Part shown: positions 29,732 through 38,604 of the stretch, piece after piece | How the letters are laid out: every line of letters starts with the position of its first letter | Numbering within the stretch: the stretch's first letter is position 1 | DNA from: Sphingomonadaceae bacterium | GTDB taxonomy: Bacteria; Pseudomonadota; Alphaproteobacteria; Sphingomonadales; Sphingomonadaceae | Assembly (NCBI GenBank): GCA_947454135.1 | Contig: CANGJI010000002.1 | Coordinates: forward strand, 47,655 to 111,654 | Reading direction: 5' to 3' | Length of the DNA: 64,000 nt | Position numbers and translations under genes: made by a program | Notes under the pieces: model-generated | The model's database searches: none | What the model was told of the DNA's origin: nothing | Seen by the model: only the letters and a program-made list of their open reading frames with translations

Positions 29732-29757
29732 ATGGGGTCAGGCATGCCTGACCCCAT
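29732..29757 (-). terminator. Perfect 26-bp palindrome, likely terminator/stabilising hairpin of the peroxidase mRNA
   Basis: ATGGGGTCAGGCATGCCTGACCCCAT, 8 bp past the peroxidase stop; no U-tract. Confidence 0.65.
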
Positions 29758-29765
29758 CGATCAGC

Positions 29766-32700
29766 TTACAACACGAAGTCGGCTTGGGTGAGCGCGATCT
29801 GGCCTGCCAGGTCAATCTGGAATTCGATTGTCGAGGCATTGCCGTTGGTGTCACCATAGACATGCGTGAGGTTGTTTGCGGCATCGTACGACCACCAGAT
29901 GCCCCGCGCGGTCGCGGTGTTGCCGCCCCACTGGAAGGCCTGGTCACCGGCCGCAGACGAGTTCGGATCGATGGCAGAAAGCCCGATCTTGTCGGTCCCG
30001 TGCACGAAGTCGGTGATCCGGTCGAGTGCTGACGGCGTCGAGTCTGCCACGGCGCTGTACAGGAACGTGTCTGCACCTGCCCCGCCGGTCAGCACGTCCG
30101 CGCCGCTTCCGCCATTGATGGTGTCGTTGCCCGCGCCGCCATCGATGGTGTTGGCAGCCGTGCTGCCGGTCAGGGTATCATTGAACCCTGAACCGAGCAG
30201 ATTTTCGATCGTCGCGAGCGTATCGGTCCCGGCTCCGACCGTATTCTGCGCGGCGGTCAGAGCGAGGCTGACAGTCACCCCAGCAGTTGCACTGGCATAG
30301 GATGCGGTATCGGTACCGGCACCGCCTGTCAGCGTGTCATTGCCGGCTCCGCCATCGAGGACATCGTTGCCCGCGCCGCCATCGAGGACGTTGTTGCCCG
30401 CGTCTCCGCTCAGCGTATCGCCGGACCCCGAGCCCGTTACATTCTCGAAGCCCGAGAGCGTATCGGTACCGCTGCCACCCGTATTCTGCGCAGCGGTCAG
30501 CGACAGGTTCACCGTCACACCCGCATTTGCACTGGCATAGGTCAGCGTATCGGTACCGGCGCCGCCAATGAGCGTGTCGTTACCCGCGCCACCATCGATC
30601 GTGTCGTTGCCCGCGCCGCCATCGATCGTGTTCGCAGCATTGCTGCCAGTCAGGACGTCATTGAACCCTGAACCGATGAGGTTTTCGATTGTCGCGAGCG
30701 TGTCGGTCCCGGCTCCGCCCGTGTTCTGCGCGCTGGTCGTGGCAAGGCTGACAGTCACGCCAGCAGTTGCGCTGGCATAAGTTGCGGTGTCGGTACCGGC
30801 CCCGCCTGTCAGCGAGTCGTTACCGGCTCCGCCATCGAGGACATCGTTGCCCGCGCCGCCATCGAGCGTATCGTTGCCGGCGAGGCCCGAGATCACGTCA
30901 TTGCCGGACGTTCCGGTAATGGTGTCTGCGCCGGACGTGCCGGTGCGGACATCATCGACGCCATTGATCGTGATGGTGATCGCCTGTCTGGTGCCATCAG
31001 TTGCGGTAACGGTCACCGTGTCGGTCAAGGTTTGGCCGGTGCTGAGGCCATCGACAGCCGCATTGTTGTTCGCAAGGACATAAGTCCAGCTGCCGTTGGC
31101 AGCCAGCGAGAGCGAGCCGTAAGTGCTTGTCACCGACTGGGCGGCAAAGGCTGGCGAGTTATCGATGTCCGTGACGCTGAGCGTGCCGGTTACCTGCGAG
31201 GTGCCATTGAGCACGCTCGATTCCGCCACTGTTCCCGCAAGGTTGCCTGCAAAGACAGCGGCGTCGTTAACGGCTGCGAGCGTGAACGACTGCGTCCCCG
31301 CCACGCTGCCGCCCTTCCCGTCGCTGACGGTGAAGTTCAGCGTCACCGGGCCATTGTAGTTGGCGTCAGGGGTGAAGGTGAACGTGCCATTGCCGTTATC
31401 GCTGATAACGCCGTGGTTTGCGCTGAGCCCCGAAATCGAGAGCGTATCGCCCTCGGGGTCGGTATAGCCCTTCAGCAGGTTTGCCGCCGACACGGTGTAG
31501 GCAGTATCCTCGGCACCTGCAGCAAGCACAGCTTTCGCGCCCGTCAGTACCGGTGCCTCGTTCACATTGGTTACCGAGACCGCAATCGCCTGGGTGTCGG
31601 TCAGCGATCCGTCAGATACCTGGACAACGACGTCGTAGACGTTGTTGGCGCCGGCATCGGCAGGTGCCTCGTAGTTTGGCGCTGCCTTGAAGCTCAGCGC
31701 CCCAGTAGCGGCATTGATCTGGAACAGAGCCGCATCGGCGCCGCCGGAGATCGAGTAGCTCAGGGTCGCCCCGGCATCGGGATCGGTTGCGGTGACAGTC
31801 GCCACGGCCGTGCTGTTTTCGGCAATCGACGCTGTCGCTGTCGCACCGCCGCCACCGCTGGTGATGACAGGGTTTTCATTCAGGTTCGTAACGGTAACCG
31901 CAATCGCCTGAGTGTCGGTCAGCGATCCGTCAGACACCTGGACAACGACATCGTAGACGTTGTTGGCGCCGACATCGGTGGGTGCTTCGAAGTTAGGCGC
32001 AGCCTTGAAGATCAGCGCACCCGTTGCGGCATCGATCTGGAACCGGGCAGCGTCTGCACCGCCGGAGATCGAGTAGCTCAGGCTCGTCCCAGGATCGAGG
32101 TCGGTCGCTGAAACCGTGGTCACTGCCGTGCTGTTTTCGGCAATCGACACTGCCGCAGTCGCACCGCCGCCATTGCTGGTGATGACAGGCGCATGGTTGG
32201 CATAGGTGACGGTCGTGTCGGCGAACTTGAGCGTATTGATGCCGAGCACCAGATCCTGCCCGTCCCGGCCGGCCACGCTGTCGGTGACTTTCAGGACCTG
32301 GACCGTGTTGGCGTTCGCGTTTTGCACGAGCATCCGGGTCGAGAGATCATAATAGGTCACCACGATCGTATAGTCGGCCAGATTGCCGGTGAAGACCGCA
32401 AGGTCGTTACCGCTGGCAGTGCTTGCGACACCGGCGCTGGAGGAATTGCCCAGCACGATGTCCTTGAACTGATCGGAACGCAGCAATTCGGTGAAATGGT
32501 CCTGATAGGCGGACGCGCCTGTCAGACCGAACTTGGCGTTCACCTCGTCGATCAGCCCCTTGCCATCGAGCGCGGCATTCCACGCCACGCGATGGGTGGC
32601 GCCGGCGTAGCGGGCATCGAGAACGTCGAGGGATTCCGTGGAACCATGCGCCAGATCGTACTCGGCGCTGTGCACATAGGCGCTGGCATCGCCGTACTTG

Positions 32701-35700
32701 CCGATCAGCGTATCCAGCCGGACCGATCCGCCGATGAGGATGTCGTTGCCGCTACCGCCCTGGATCGTATCATCGCCGTTGCCGCCGATCAGCCAGCCAG
32801 CCGCGCCGTTGGTATTGTCACCGGTCAGGGTGTCACCGCCGGCAGAGCCGATCAAGCCTTCGATCTGCGTGCTGGGAACCTGAATGAGGTTGCCATTGAC
32901 CGCGGCGCCCGGAGTGGTCTGGTTGCCAAGGTTGAAGGTCACCCCGCCCGGACGGATCGTGTTGTCCGAGAAATCGATGATATCAAAGCCGGTGGTGCCG
33001 GGCTTGTTGCCCGAATCGTCCACGCCGTCACCGCCCAGCACTTCGTCCGAACCGATGTTCATCGCGCCGGTGGTGTCACCGGGCCGAAGGATGTCATCGC
33101 CCGCACCGCCGAACAGCTGGTCCTGATCGGCGCCGCCCGAAAGCACGTCGTCGCCGTTATCACCGTAGAGAATGTCGCCGCCGGAGCCGCCGTCGACATA
33201 GTCGTTGCCGTCATCGCCGTGGGTAAACGGATCGGTATCCTGATCGCCGTAGACCTTGTCATCGCCGCTGCCGGCCGACAGCTTGTCGATGCCGATGCCG
33301 CCAGAGATGAAGTCGTTGCCCGATCCGCCGACCACCTGGTCAGCGCCGTTGATGTCGGTGCCCGACGATTCGCCGTAGAGGAAGTCGTCGCCTGCGCCGC
33401 CGTCGATCAGGTCGGGGTTGTCACCGCCGTAGATCGTGTCGGACCCGGCATCGCCGTACAGGCGGTCGATCCCGTATCCGCCAGAGATGATGTCGTTGCC
33501 GCCTTCGCCATAGACGGTATCGTCGCCGCCGCCGGCATAGAGCATGTCGCGGAACGCGGTGCCCGCGATCACTTCGCTGGATTCAGAGCCCGAGTTCGGC
33601 GTGCCATCGAGATTGACGCCATCATTCAGCTTGTTGGCGCCGGTATCCGCGCCGTTGTCGAGCGTGCGGGTGTCGCGGATATAGGCATAGTTGTCGACCT
33701 TGATGATCGAGCCATCCAGCGCCTGCGTGCCGCCACCGTTGGAATAGATACCAACGCCTTCGCCGTTGTTGGCATAGTTGTTCGCGGCCGTGGCATTGGC
33801 CGGATTGTTGTTCCACGTCAGCGCACCGATGCCGTTATGGGCGCCAAAGGTGTTATCCGTGGTTACCAGAACGCCATTCTGATCAACGACGTCACCATAC
33901 TTGTGGTTGTTGCTGGTCGTCTGCGTTTCGGTGTTACCGCCATTGGCGGCGATGAACACTTCCCGGTGAGCGCCGAAATCATAGTACTTGTCGGCATAAC
34001 CGAAGATGTTGCCGTTCAGGTGGGTGAGCCCGGTGTTGCGCTCAACGAGATCCTTCAGCTGGCCGTTCGCCACTTCCTGGCCGAACTGCTGACCGGCAAG
34101 GCGATAGAGATAATAGAACCGGTCGCCATCCATCAGCGATTCGATCTGGGTCACGAACACCAGGTCGAAGGTTTCGCCGAGCAGGCCGCCCGGCTGATGG
34201 ACTTCCGCGAGACCGCCCAGCCAGGTATCGATCTGGTTGAAGCCCTGGTCGCCGCCGTCAAGGAAGTTGATGGCGAAGGTCAAGCCATCGGCGAGGGTCG
34301 CATTCTGGTCGCCGGTGGCGAGCTTCGCCAGAGCGTCGCCCGAGGCTGTGGCAGACGAATTGGCCTCGCTGTAGTTGCCATTGGCCAGATCGACGATCGC
34401 CTGGGCCCGCGCCAGCGCGTCGGCGTTGTTCTGGGCATTGCCCGTGCCATTGCTGAACGAATAGGCTGCAATGAAGTTCGCCAGCGATTCCGGGTGCTGC
34501 ATGTTCTGCCCGAAATTGCTCCAGCTGGTGTAGCGCGTCAGGCCGATCGCTTCGCGGAAGTCATTCAGGGTCGGGATCCCGATATCACGGCCACGGGCAA
34601 TGTTGATCGCCGCCAGATCGAGCGGTTGGCCGAGCAGACCCTGGTTCAGCGCCGGGGTGACGAATTCGTCCACCTCGTTCATCTGCTGGTGCGTCATGCC
34701 CAGCAGGATCGCCGAAGGGCCGGACAAGGCATACTGATCCGGGTTCAGAAAGGCATCGCGCAGCGCATAGCCCATGATCTTGCCGGTCAGGCCGCCATTG
34801 GGATCGATCGTGTCGATCGTTTCGCGCAAGGTGGAGTGGCCGAAGCGGAACGCCACCTGCGAATACTCCAGCGTCACACCCGGGTTCTTGTCGGGCGAAT
34901 AGCCGACGAATTCCTGGATGTTCGGCGAGACGTTGCGAGCATACTGGTCGACCGCCGAGTGCTGGTATTCCATTTCCACGATCAGCTTGACCGCGGCGAA
35001 AGTCTTGTCGGTATCCCAGTTGATCGTGCCATTGGCCGTCACATAGTCGCCGAGAGCGTTCTCGTAGTGGCCGTTCACCACATGGACGCCATTTGCCAGC
35101 GCGGCGCCATCGACCGCCGCCACGGCATTCTGGAAGCCGTGCAGGTTGTCGGTGCTGCCCGTAACGATGGCATCGCGGTGCAGCGCGTCGATGAAGTTAT
35201 CGACCTGGTAGTTGTGCTCTTCATGGAACACGTGGTGGATCGAGGTGAGGCCGAAGTTCTCGTTCACGCGGCCGTCGCCGGCGATGTAGTGATCGCCAAC
35301 CGAAGCCATCAGGATTTCGCTCACGGCATCGTGCGTGGCGGTGAAATCACCGCCCGCGCCGTGGGAGAAGTCCTTGATCGAGAAGTTGCTGAAATCGACC
35401 CAGAACGACAGCGCGCTGGCACCGGTCAGGTTGGTTCCTGCCGGAATGGACGAAGACGGCCCGGTGGGCAGCGCGGTCCCCAGATGCAGGGTCAGAACGC
35501 CGTTGACCATGCCGAACGTGTCGCCCGGGCGGGCAGGGTTGTTCGCGATCTTGTTGCCGAGGAACTGGATCGCCGCATCAACCGCAGCCTGTTCCGCCGC
35601 ATTGCCCTTGTGCAGGTGCGCCGCATCGAAGCGCGGATTGTTGTCGAGCAGCAAGGCCGAACCGGTGGTGCCGCCGGTCAGCTTGCCGCTGGCATCGCGG

Positions 35701-37118
35701 TTGCGCAGATCCAGCACGTCTTCCCAGCTCAGCGCGTCGCGGCCGGTGGCAATCACGGCGGCGCGCAGTTCGTTCAGCGTCGGCAGCGTATCGTGCGTGG
35801 TCGTCCCGTCGGGCTTGGTCCAGGCCTGCGCCAGCGTGGTGCCGTCCAGCATGCGGATGCCGGCGTGATACTTGCCGGTAACGGGATCAAGCACCCATTC
35901 GCGCAGCAGATCGGTGACCTGCTGGTGCGAGCCATAAGTCTGGCTCTGATCGATGAACGGCGAGGTGTGATCGAGATACTGCGGGCCGGTTGAGGTGACG
36001 CTGTCCACATTGGCGCGGCTGATCGTGATCGAGGTGGTCGGCCGGCCGTCCGGACCGATCATGCCATAGAGCGGATCGCTCGAATCGAGCGTGATCTTGA
36101 TCGTCTTGCCCGACGAACCCTTGCCGATGAAGTCCAGCCCGTGATCGAAGAACTGGCCGAACAGCACGAAGAAGCCGTTCGAGGGCGAAACGCCGGGATT
36201 GAGGCCGCCGATGAAGTGATCGCCCAAGTTGGCATCGGCGCCCGCAGTCACCGAACCGGTCGACGCGGCACCGGCCGAGCCGATGAAGCGAGCCTGGGTA
36301 TCCACCTGACCAAGGCCGCCATCGGCCACGGTTTTCAGCATGCCCCAGTCGAGCACCGTGGCGACACCATTGGCGTCGTAGTAGATTTCATTGGGCGCGT
36401 GGGCGGCATGCGCCGGATCGGCCTGGTGATTGGCCCAGGTGTCGTAAACCACCCCGGCGGTCGTCGTCAGCAGGCTGATCGCGCGCGGCGAGGAATCGAC
36501 AACGTTCTGGATGATGATCGGCTGCTTGGTGCCGTCGGTCAGCGTGGTGCCGGTCGGGTCCGCCAGGATCGCATACTGCGCGGTCGGTGCGGCCTTGTAG
36601 TAATTGATGAAGTACGGCTGCTGGGCGGCGGGCGAGAGGGTGTCGAAGTCGGCCGCCGTCTTGCCGGGATTTGCGGCCAGATAGACCTTCACTGCCGCAT
36701 CGTGCGCCGCAGGCAGCGTGTTGAACGCCGCCACCATGCGCGGGAAGATCTGGTCGACCGCGCCGTACTGCCACAGCAGGCCGGACAGGTTGTTGTTCTG
36801 GCCCGAGGGATTGCGGATGCCCGAGAGATCCACGTTCGTGAGGTAGGACGGGCCGAAGAGGTTCAGCGCCGTCGCGGTGTCGACGACCTGCGACGTCCCG
36901 GTCAGCCCGAGCGAGCTCAGGCCGGCCTGCGTGATCGTGCGGATGGGCGCATCATAGAGCAGCGTGCCCAGCCCGTCGTAAGCGCTGGTCGTGCCATCCC
37001 AATTCAGCAGCGCGTTGTGGTTGGCATCGAACAGGGGGCGGAACGTTACCTGAGCGAGGATGAACGCGATATCGGTTCCGTTAAGGACGAACGGCTTGAG
37101 ATAGTCATTGTAAGTCAT
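29766..37118 (-). CDS. Giant secreted animal-type heme peroxidase (peroxicin, MopA/PepA-like) with RTX, cadherin, VCBS repeats
   Basis: 2450 aa from ATG 37118 with AGGGGGA SD. FGQFFDHGLD, IDQSQTYGS, GDGRVNEN, FRFGH, NIARGRDIG, DGDRFYY; many GGxGxDxLx nonapeptides; serralysin-like C-terminus DRITDFVHGTDKIGLSAID. Confidence 0.9.
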   Translation of the reverse strand: MTYNDYLKPFVLNGTDIAFILAQVTFRPLFDANHNALLNWDGTTSAYDGLGTLLYDAPIRTITQAGLSSLGLTGTSQVVDTATALNLFGPSYLTNVDLSGIRNPSGQNNNLSGLLWQYGAVDQIFPRMVAAFNTLPAAHDAAVKVYLAANPGKTAADFDTLSPAAQQPYFINYYKAAPTAQYAILADPTGTTLTDGTKQPIIIQNVVDSSPRAISLLTTTAGVVYDTWANHQADPAHAAHAPNEIYYDANGVATVLDWGMLKTVADGGLGQVDTQARFIGSAGAASTGSVTAGADANLGDHFIGGLNPGVSPSNGFFVLFGQFFDHGLDFIGKGSSGKTIKITLDSSDPLYGMIGPDGRPTTSITISRANVDSVTSTGPQYLDHTSPFIDQSQTYGSHQQVTDLLREWVLDPVTGKYHAGIRMLDGTTLAQAWTKPDGTTTHDTLPTLNELRAAVIATGRDALSWEDVLDLRNRDASGKLTGGTTGSALLLDNNPRFDAAHLHKGNAAEQAAVDAAIQFLGNKIANNPARPGDTFGMVNGVLTLHLGTALPTGPSSSIPAGTNLTGASALSFWVDFSNFSIKDFSHGAGGDFTATHDAVSEILMASVGDHYIAGDGRVNENFGLTSIHHVFHEEHNYQVDNFIDALHRDAIVTGSTDNLHGFQNAVAAVDGAALANGVHVVNGHYENALGDYVTANGTINWDTDKTFAAVKLIVEMEYQHSAVDQYARNVSPNIQEFVGYSPDKNPGVTLEYSQVAFRFGHSTLRETIDTIDPNGGLTGKIMGYALRDAFLNPDQYALSGPSAILLGMTHQQMNEVDEFVTPALNQGLLGQPLDLAAINIARGRDIGIPTLNDFREAIGLTRYTSWSNFGQNMQHPESLANFIAAYSFSNGTGNAQNNADALARAQAIVDLANGNYSEANSSATASGDALAKLATGDQNATLADGLTFAINFLDGGDQGFNQIDTWLGGLAEVHQPGGLLGETFDLVFVTQIESLMDGDRFYYLYRLAGQQFGQEVANGQLKDLVERNTGLTHLNGNIFGYADKYYDFGAHREVFIAANGGNTETQTTSNNHKYGDVVDQNGVLVTTDNTFGAHNGIGALTWNNNPANATAANNYANNGEGVGIYSNGGGTQALDGSIIKVDNYAYIRDTRTLDNGADTGANKLNDGVNLDGTPNSGSESSEVIAGTAFRDMLYAGGGDDTVYGEGGNDIISGGYGIDRLYGDAGSDTIYGGDNPDLIDGGAGDDFLYGESSGTDINGADQVVGGSGNDFISGGIGIDKLSAGSGDDKVYGDQDTDPFTHGDDGNDYVDGGSGGDILYGDNGDDVLSGGADQDQLFGGAGDDILRPGDTTGAMNIGSDEVLGGDGVDDSGNKPGTTGFDIIDFSDNTIRPGGVTFNLGNQTTPGAAVNGNLIQVPSTQIEGLIGSAGGDTLTGDNTNGAAGWLIGGNGDDTIQGGSGNDILIGGSVRLDTLIGKYGDASAYVHSAEYDLAHGSTESLDVLDARYAGATHRVAWNAALDGKGLIDEVNAKFGLTGASAYQDHFTELLRSDQFKDIVLGNSSSAGVASTASGNDLAVFTGNLADYTIVVTYYDLSTRMLVQNANANTVQVLKVTDSVAGRDGQDLVLGINTLKFADTTVTYANHAPVITSNGGGATAAVSIAENSTAVTTVSATDLDPGTSLSYSISGGADAARFQIDAATGALIFKAAPNFEAPTDVGANNVYDVVVQVSDGSLTDTQAIAVTVTNLNENPVITSGGGGATATASIAENSTAVATVTATDPDAGATLSYSISGGADAALFQINAATGALSFKAAPNYEAPADAGANNVYDVVVQVSDGSLTDTQAIAVSVTNVNEAPVLTGAKAVLAAGAEDTAYTVSAANLLKGYTDPEGDTLSISGLSANHGVISDNGNGTFTFTPDANYNGPVTLNFTVSDGKGGSVAGTQSFTLAAVNDAAVFAGNLAGTVAESSVLNGTSQVTGTLSVTDIDNSPAFAAQSVTSTYGSLSLAANGSWTYVLANNNAAVDGLSTGQTLTDTVTVTATDGTRQAITITINGVDDVRTGTSGADTITGTSGNDVISGLAGNDTLDGGAGNDVLDGGAGNDSLTGGAGTDTATYASATAGVTVSLATTSAQNTGGAGTDTLATIENLIGSGFNDVLTGSNAANTIDGGAGNDTIDGGAGNDTLIGGAGTDTLTYASANAGVTVNLSLTAAQNTGGSGTDTLSGFENVTGSGSGDTLSGDAGNNVLDGGAGNDVLDGGAGNDTLTGGAGTDTASYASATAGVTVSLALTAAQNTVGAGTDTLATIENLLGSGFNDTLTGSTAANTIDGGAGNDTINGGSGADVLTGGAGADTFLYSAVADSTPSALDRITDFVHGTDKIGLSAIDPNSSAAGDQAFQWGGNTATARGIWWSYDAANNLTHVYGDTNGNASTIEFQIDLAGQIALTQADFVL
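30115..30870 (-). repeat. Intragenic duplication in the RTX region (about 270-bp units, 480-bp offset)
   Basis: Sequence from 30121 closely matches sequence from 30601. Confidence 0.8.
31560..32190 (-). repeat. Tandem cadherin-domain duplication (318-bp period)
   Basis: CAATCGCCTG.GTGTCGGTCAGCGATCCGTCAGA at 31583 and 31901. Confidence 0.8.
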
Positions 37119-37595
37119 GGATTTCCCCCTGTGCCGACCCGCGCGCGCCAAGATTTTGAGCAACCAAAACCTCAGGTGGAAGACCACAATCGCCGCCAGC
37201 TTGCGGAGGGCTTAACTTCCAGAAATCTGGCAGCAATAAAACTTAACGTTCGATTGGAACCATTTTTCTATTTTCTGCTGGGAAATAACTACAAGGACTT
37301 ATTACTTTGGCTTGCACTGCTCCATAATGAGACGGGTACAATGAGGATGGTGCATGTTCATGGTTAATATAAGCCGAGCTGGTCAGGATAGTCCGGCCAG
37401 TACTGCCTCATCCCCGCGCGCTCGCCCCGGTACTGGCCGCAGGGATCAGCGCGCCGGATGCGATCCTTCATCCGGAACCATCAATGGCCCCCGGATGCGG
37501 ACACATCGATCCACACCGGTGCAGGGCAGTTTATCAGGAAACCGATGAGCCAATGCCGTTTGCCGAATGAAATCGGAGCGCTTCGAACGGTGAGA

Positions 37596-37669
37596 TGGAG
37601 GCCCGAGCCGGAATCGAACCGGCGTAAACGGATTTGCAGTCCGGTGCGTAACCACTCCGCCATCGGGCC
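37596..37669 (-). tRNA. tRNA-Cys (GCA)
   Basis: GGCCCGA/TCGGGCC acceptor stem, anticodon loop CTGCAAA, GGTTCGATTCC T-arm, encoded CCA; 74 nt. Confidence 0.97.
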
Positions 37670-37756
37670 CCGATGCGCATCAGCGTGGAAGGGCGCGGTT
37701 AGCCGAGCGTCGCGGTGCCCGCAACGGGATTCTTTGTCTCAGGCGGTATCGGCGCC

Positions 37757-38557
37757 TCAGGGATCGACGAAATCGGCCGCGCGCTTCTCCATCCCGGCGC
37801 GGACCGCCTCGATCTGGTTGCGCGAATACATCAGTTCGTGCTGCGCCACACTCTCGGCCATGAGGATCTCGTCCTCGTTCATGTAAGCGGTGCGATTGGT
37901 CAGGAGCTTGGCGCCGCGCACGGCGTTCGGGCTCTTCCCGGCGATCTCGCGCGCGAGCGCCATGGCGCGGCCGAGCGGATCGGGATCGGCGTGGGTGGCA
38001 AAGCCGAAGGCCGCCGCCTCGGTGCCGTTGAACTCGCGGTGGGTATAGGTCAGCTCGCGCAGCACATCGTCGCGCACGTTGCCGCGCCACAGCGCATAGC
38101 CCGCCATGTCGGGCACGAGGCCCCACTTCACTTCCATCACCGCCAGCCGCGCATCCGGGTGGACGATGCGGATATCCGCGCCGCTCGCCACCTGCAGACC
38201 ACCGCCGAAGCAGACGCCGTGGACCGCCGCGATCACCGGCATCGGCAGCTTGCGCCAGACCATCGCCGCCTGCTGCGCGCGATTGGCATTGCCGTGGGTA
38301 CGGTCGGCCAGACTGCCCCCGCTACCCCAGCGATCGGTGTTGCCCATGCTCGAAAGATCGAGCCCGGCGCAGAACGAGCGTCCTGCGCCGGACAGAACCA
38401 CGCTGCGCACACCCTTTTCGAAGTGCAGGTGCGTGCCGGCCGCCACGATCCCTTCGAACATCGCATCGTCGAGCGCGTTCATCTTGTCCGCCCGGTCGAG
38501 CAGGACGTGTGCAACGTGATCTTCGATAGTGATGCTGACGCGGTCGTTGAACTTCAT
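37757..38557 (-). CDS. Crotonase/enoyl-CoA hydratase family protein
   Basis: DKMNALD, SFCAGLDL, CFGGGLQVA, EVKWGLVPDM. Confidence 0.9.
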   Translation of the reverse strand: MKFNDRVSITIEDHVAHVLLDRADKMNALDDAMFEGIVAAGTHLHFEKGVRSVVLSGAGRSFCAGLDLSSMGNTDRWGSGGSLADRTHGNANRAQQAAMVWRKLPMPVIAAVHGVCFGGGLQVASGADIRIVHPDARLAVMEVKWGLVPDMAGYALWRGNVRDDVLRELTYTHREFNGTEAAAFGFATHADPDPLGRAMALAREIAGKSPNAVRGAKLLTNRTAYMNEDEILMAESVAQHELMYSRNQIEAVRAGMEKRAADFVDP

Positions 38558-38604
38558 GGCCCTCTCCGGCGGATGACGGTGCTGCTTGTGCTTATGGTTG
38601 TGGT

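Noticed and set aside
29459-29765. Mn (yybP-ykoY), NiCo or c-di-GMP riboswitch upstream of the pump (also checked 37119-37595)
   Set aside because: Could not match the conserved cores by eye; an Infernal search would be needed.
32193-35993. 1266-aa + strand ORF inside the peroxidase gene
   Set aside because: Antisense shadow of a GC-biased gene; no recognisable motifs.
23578-37118. RND-MFP-OMF operon as the secretion system of the RTX peroxidase
   Set aside because: RTX export needs an ABC-type T1SS; this permease is an HME RND. At most the OMF could be shared.
37210-37370. CtrA boxes from several TTAAC half-sites
   Set aside because: No TTAA-N7-TTAA spacing; explained by local AT richness.
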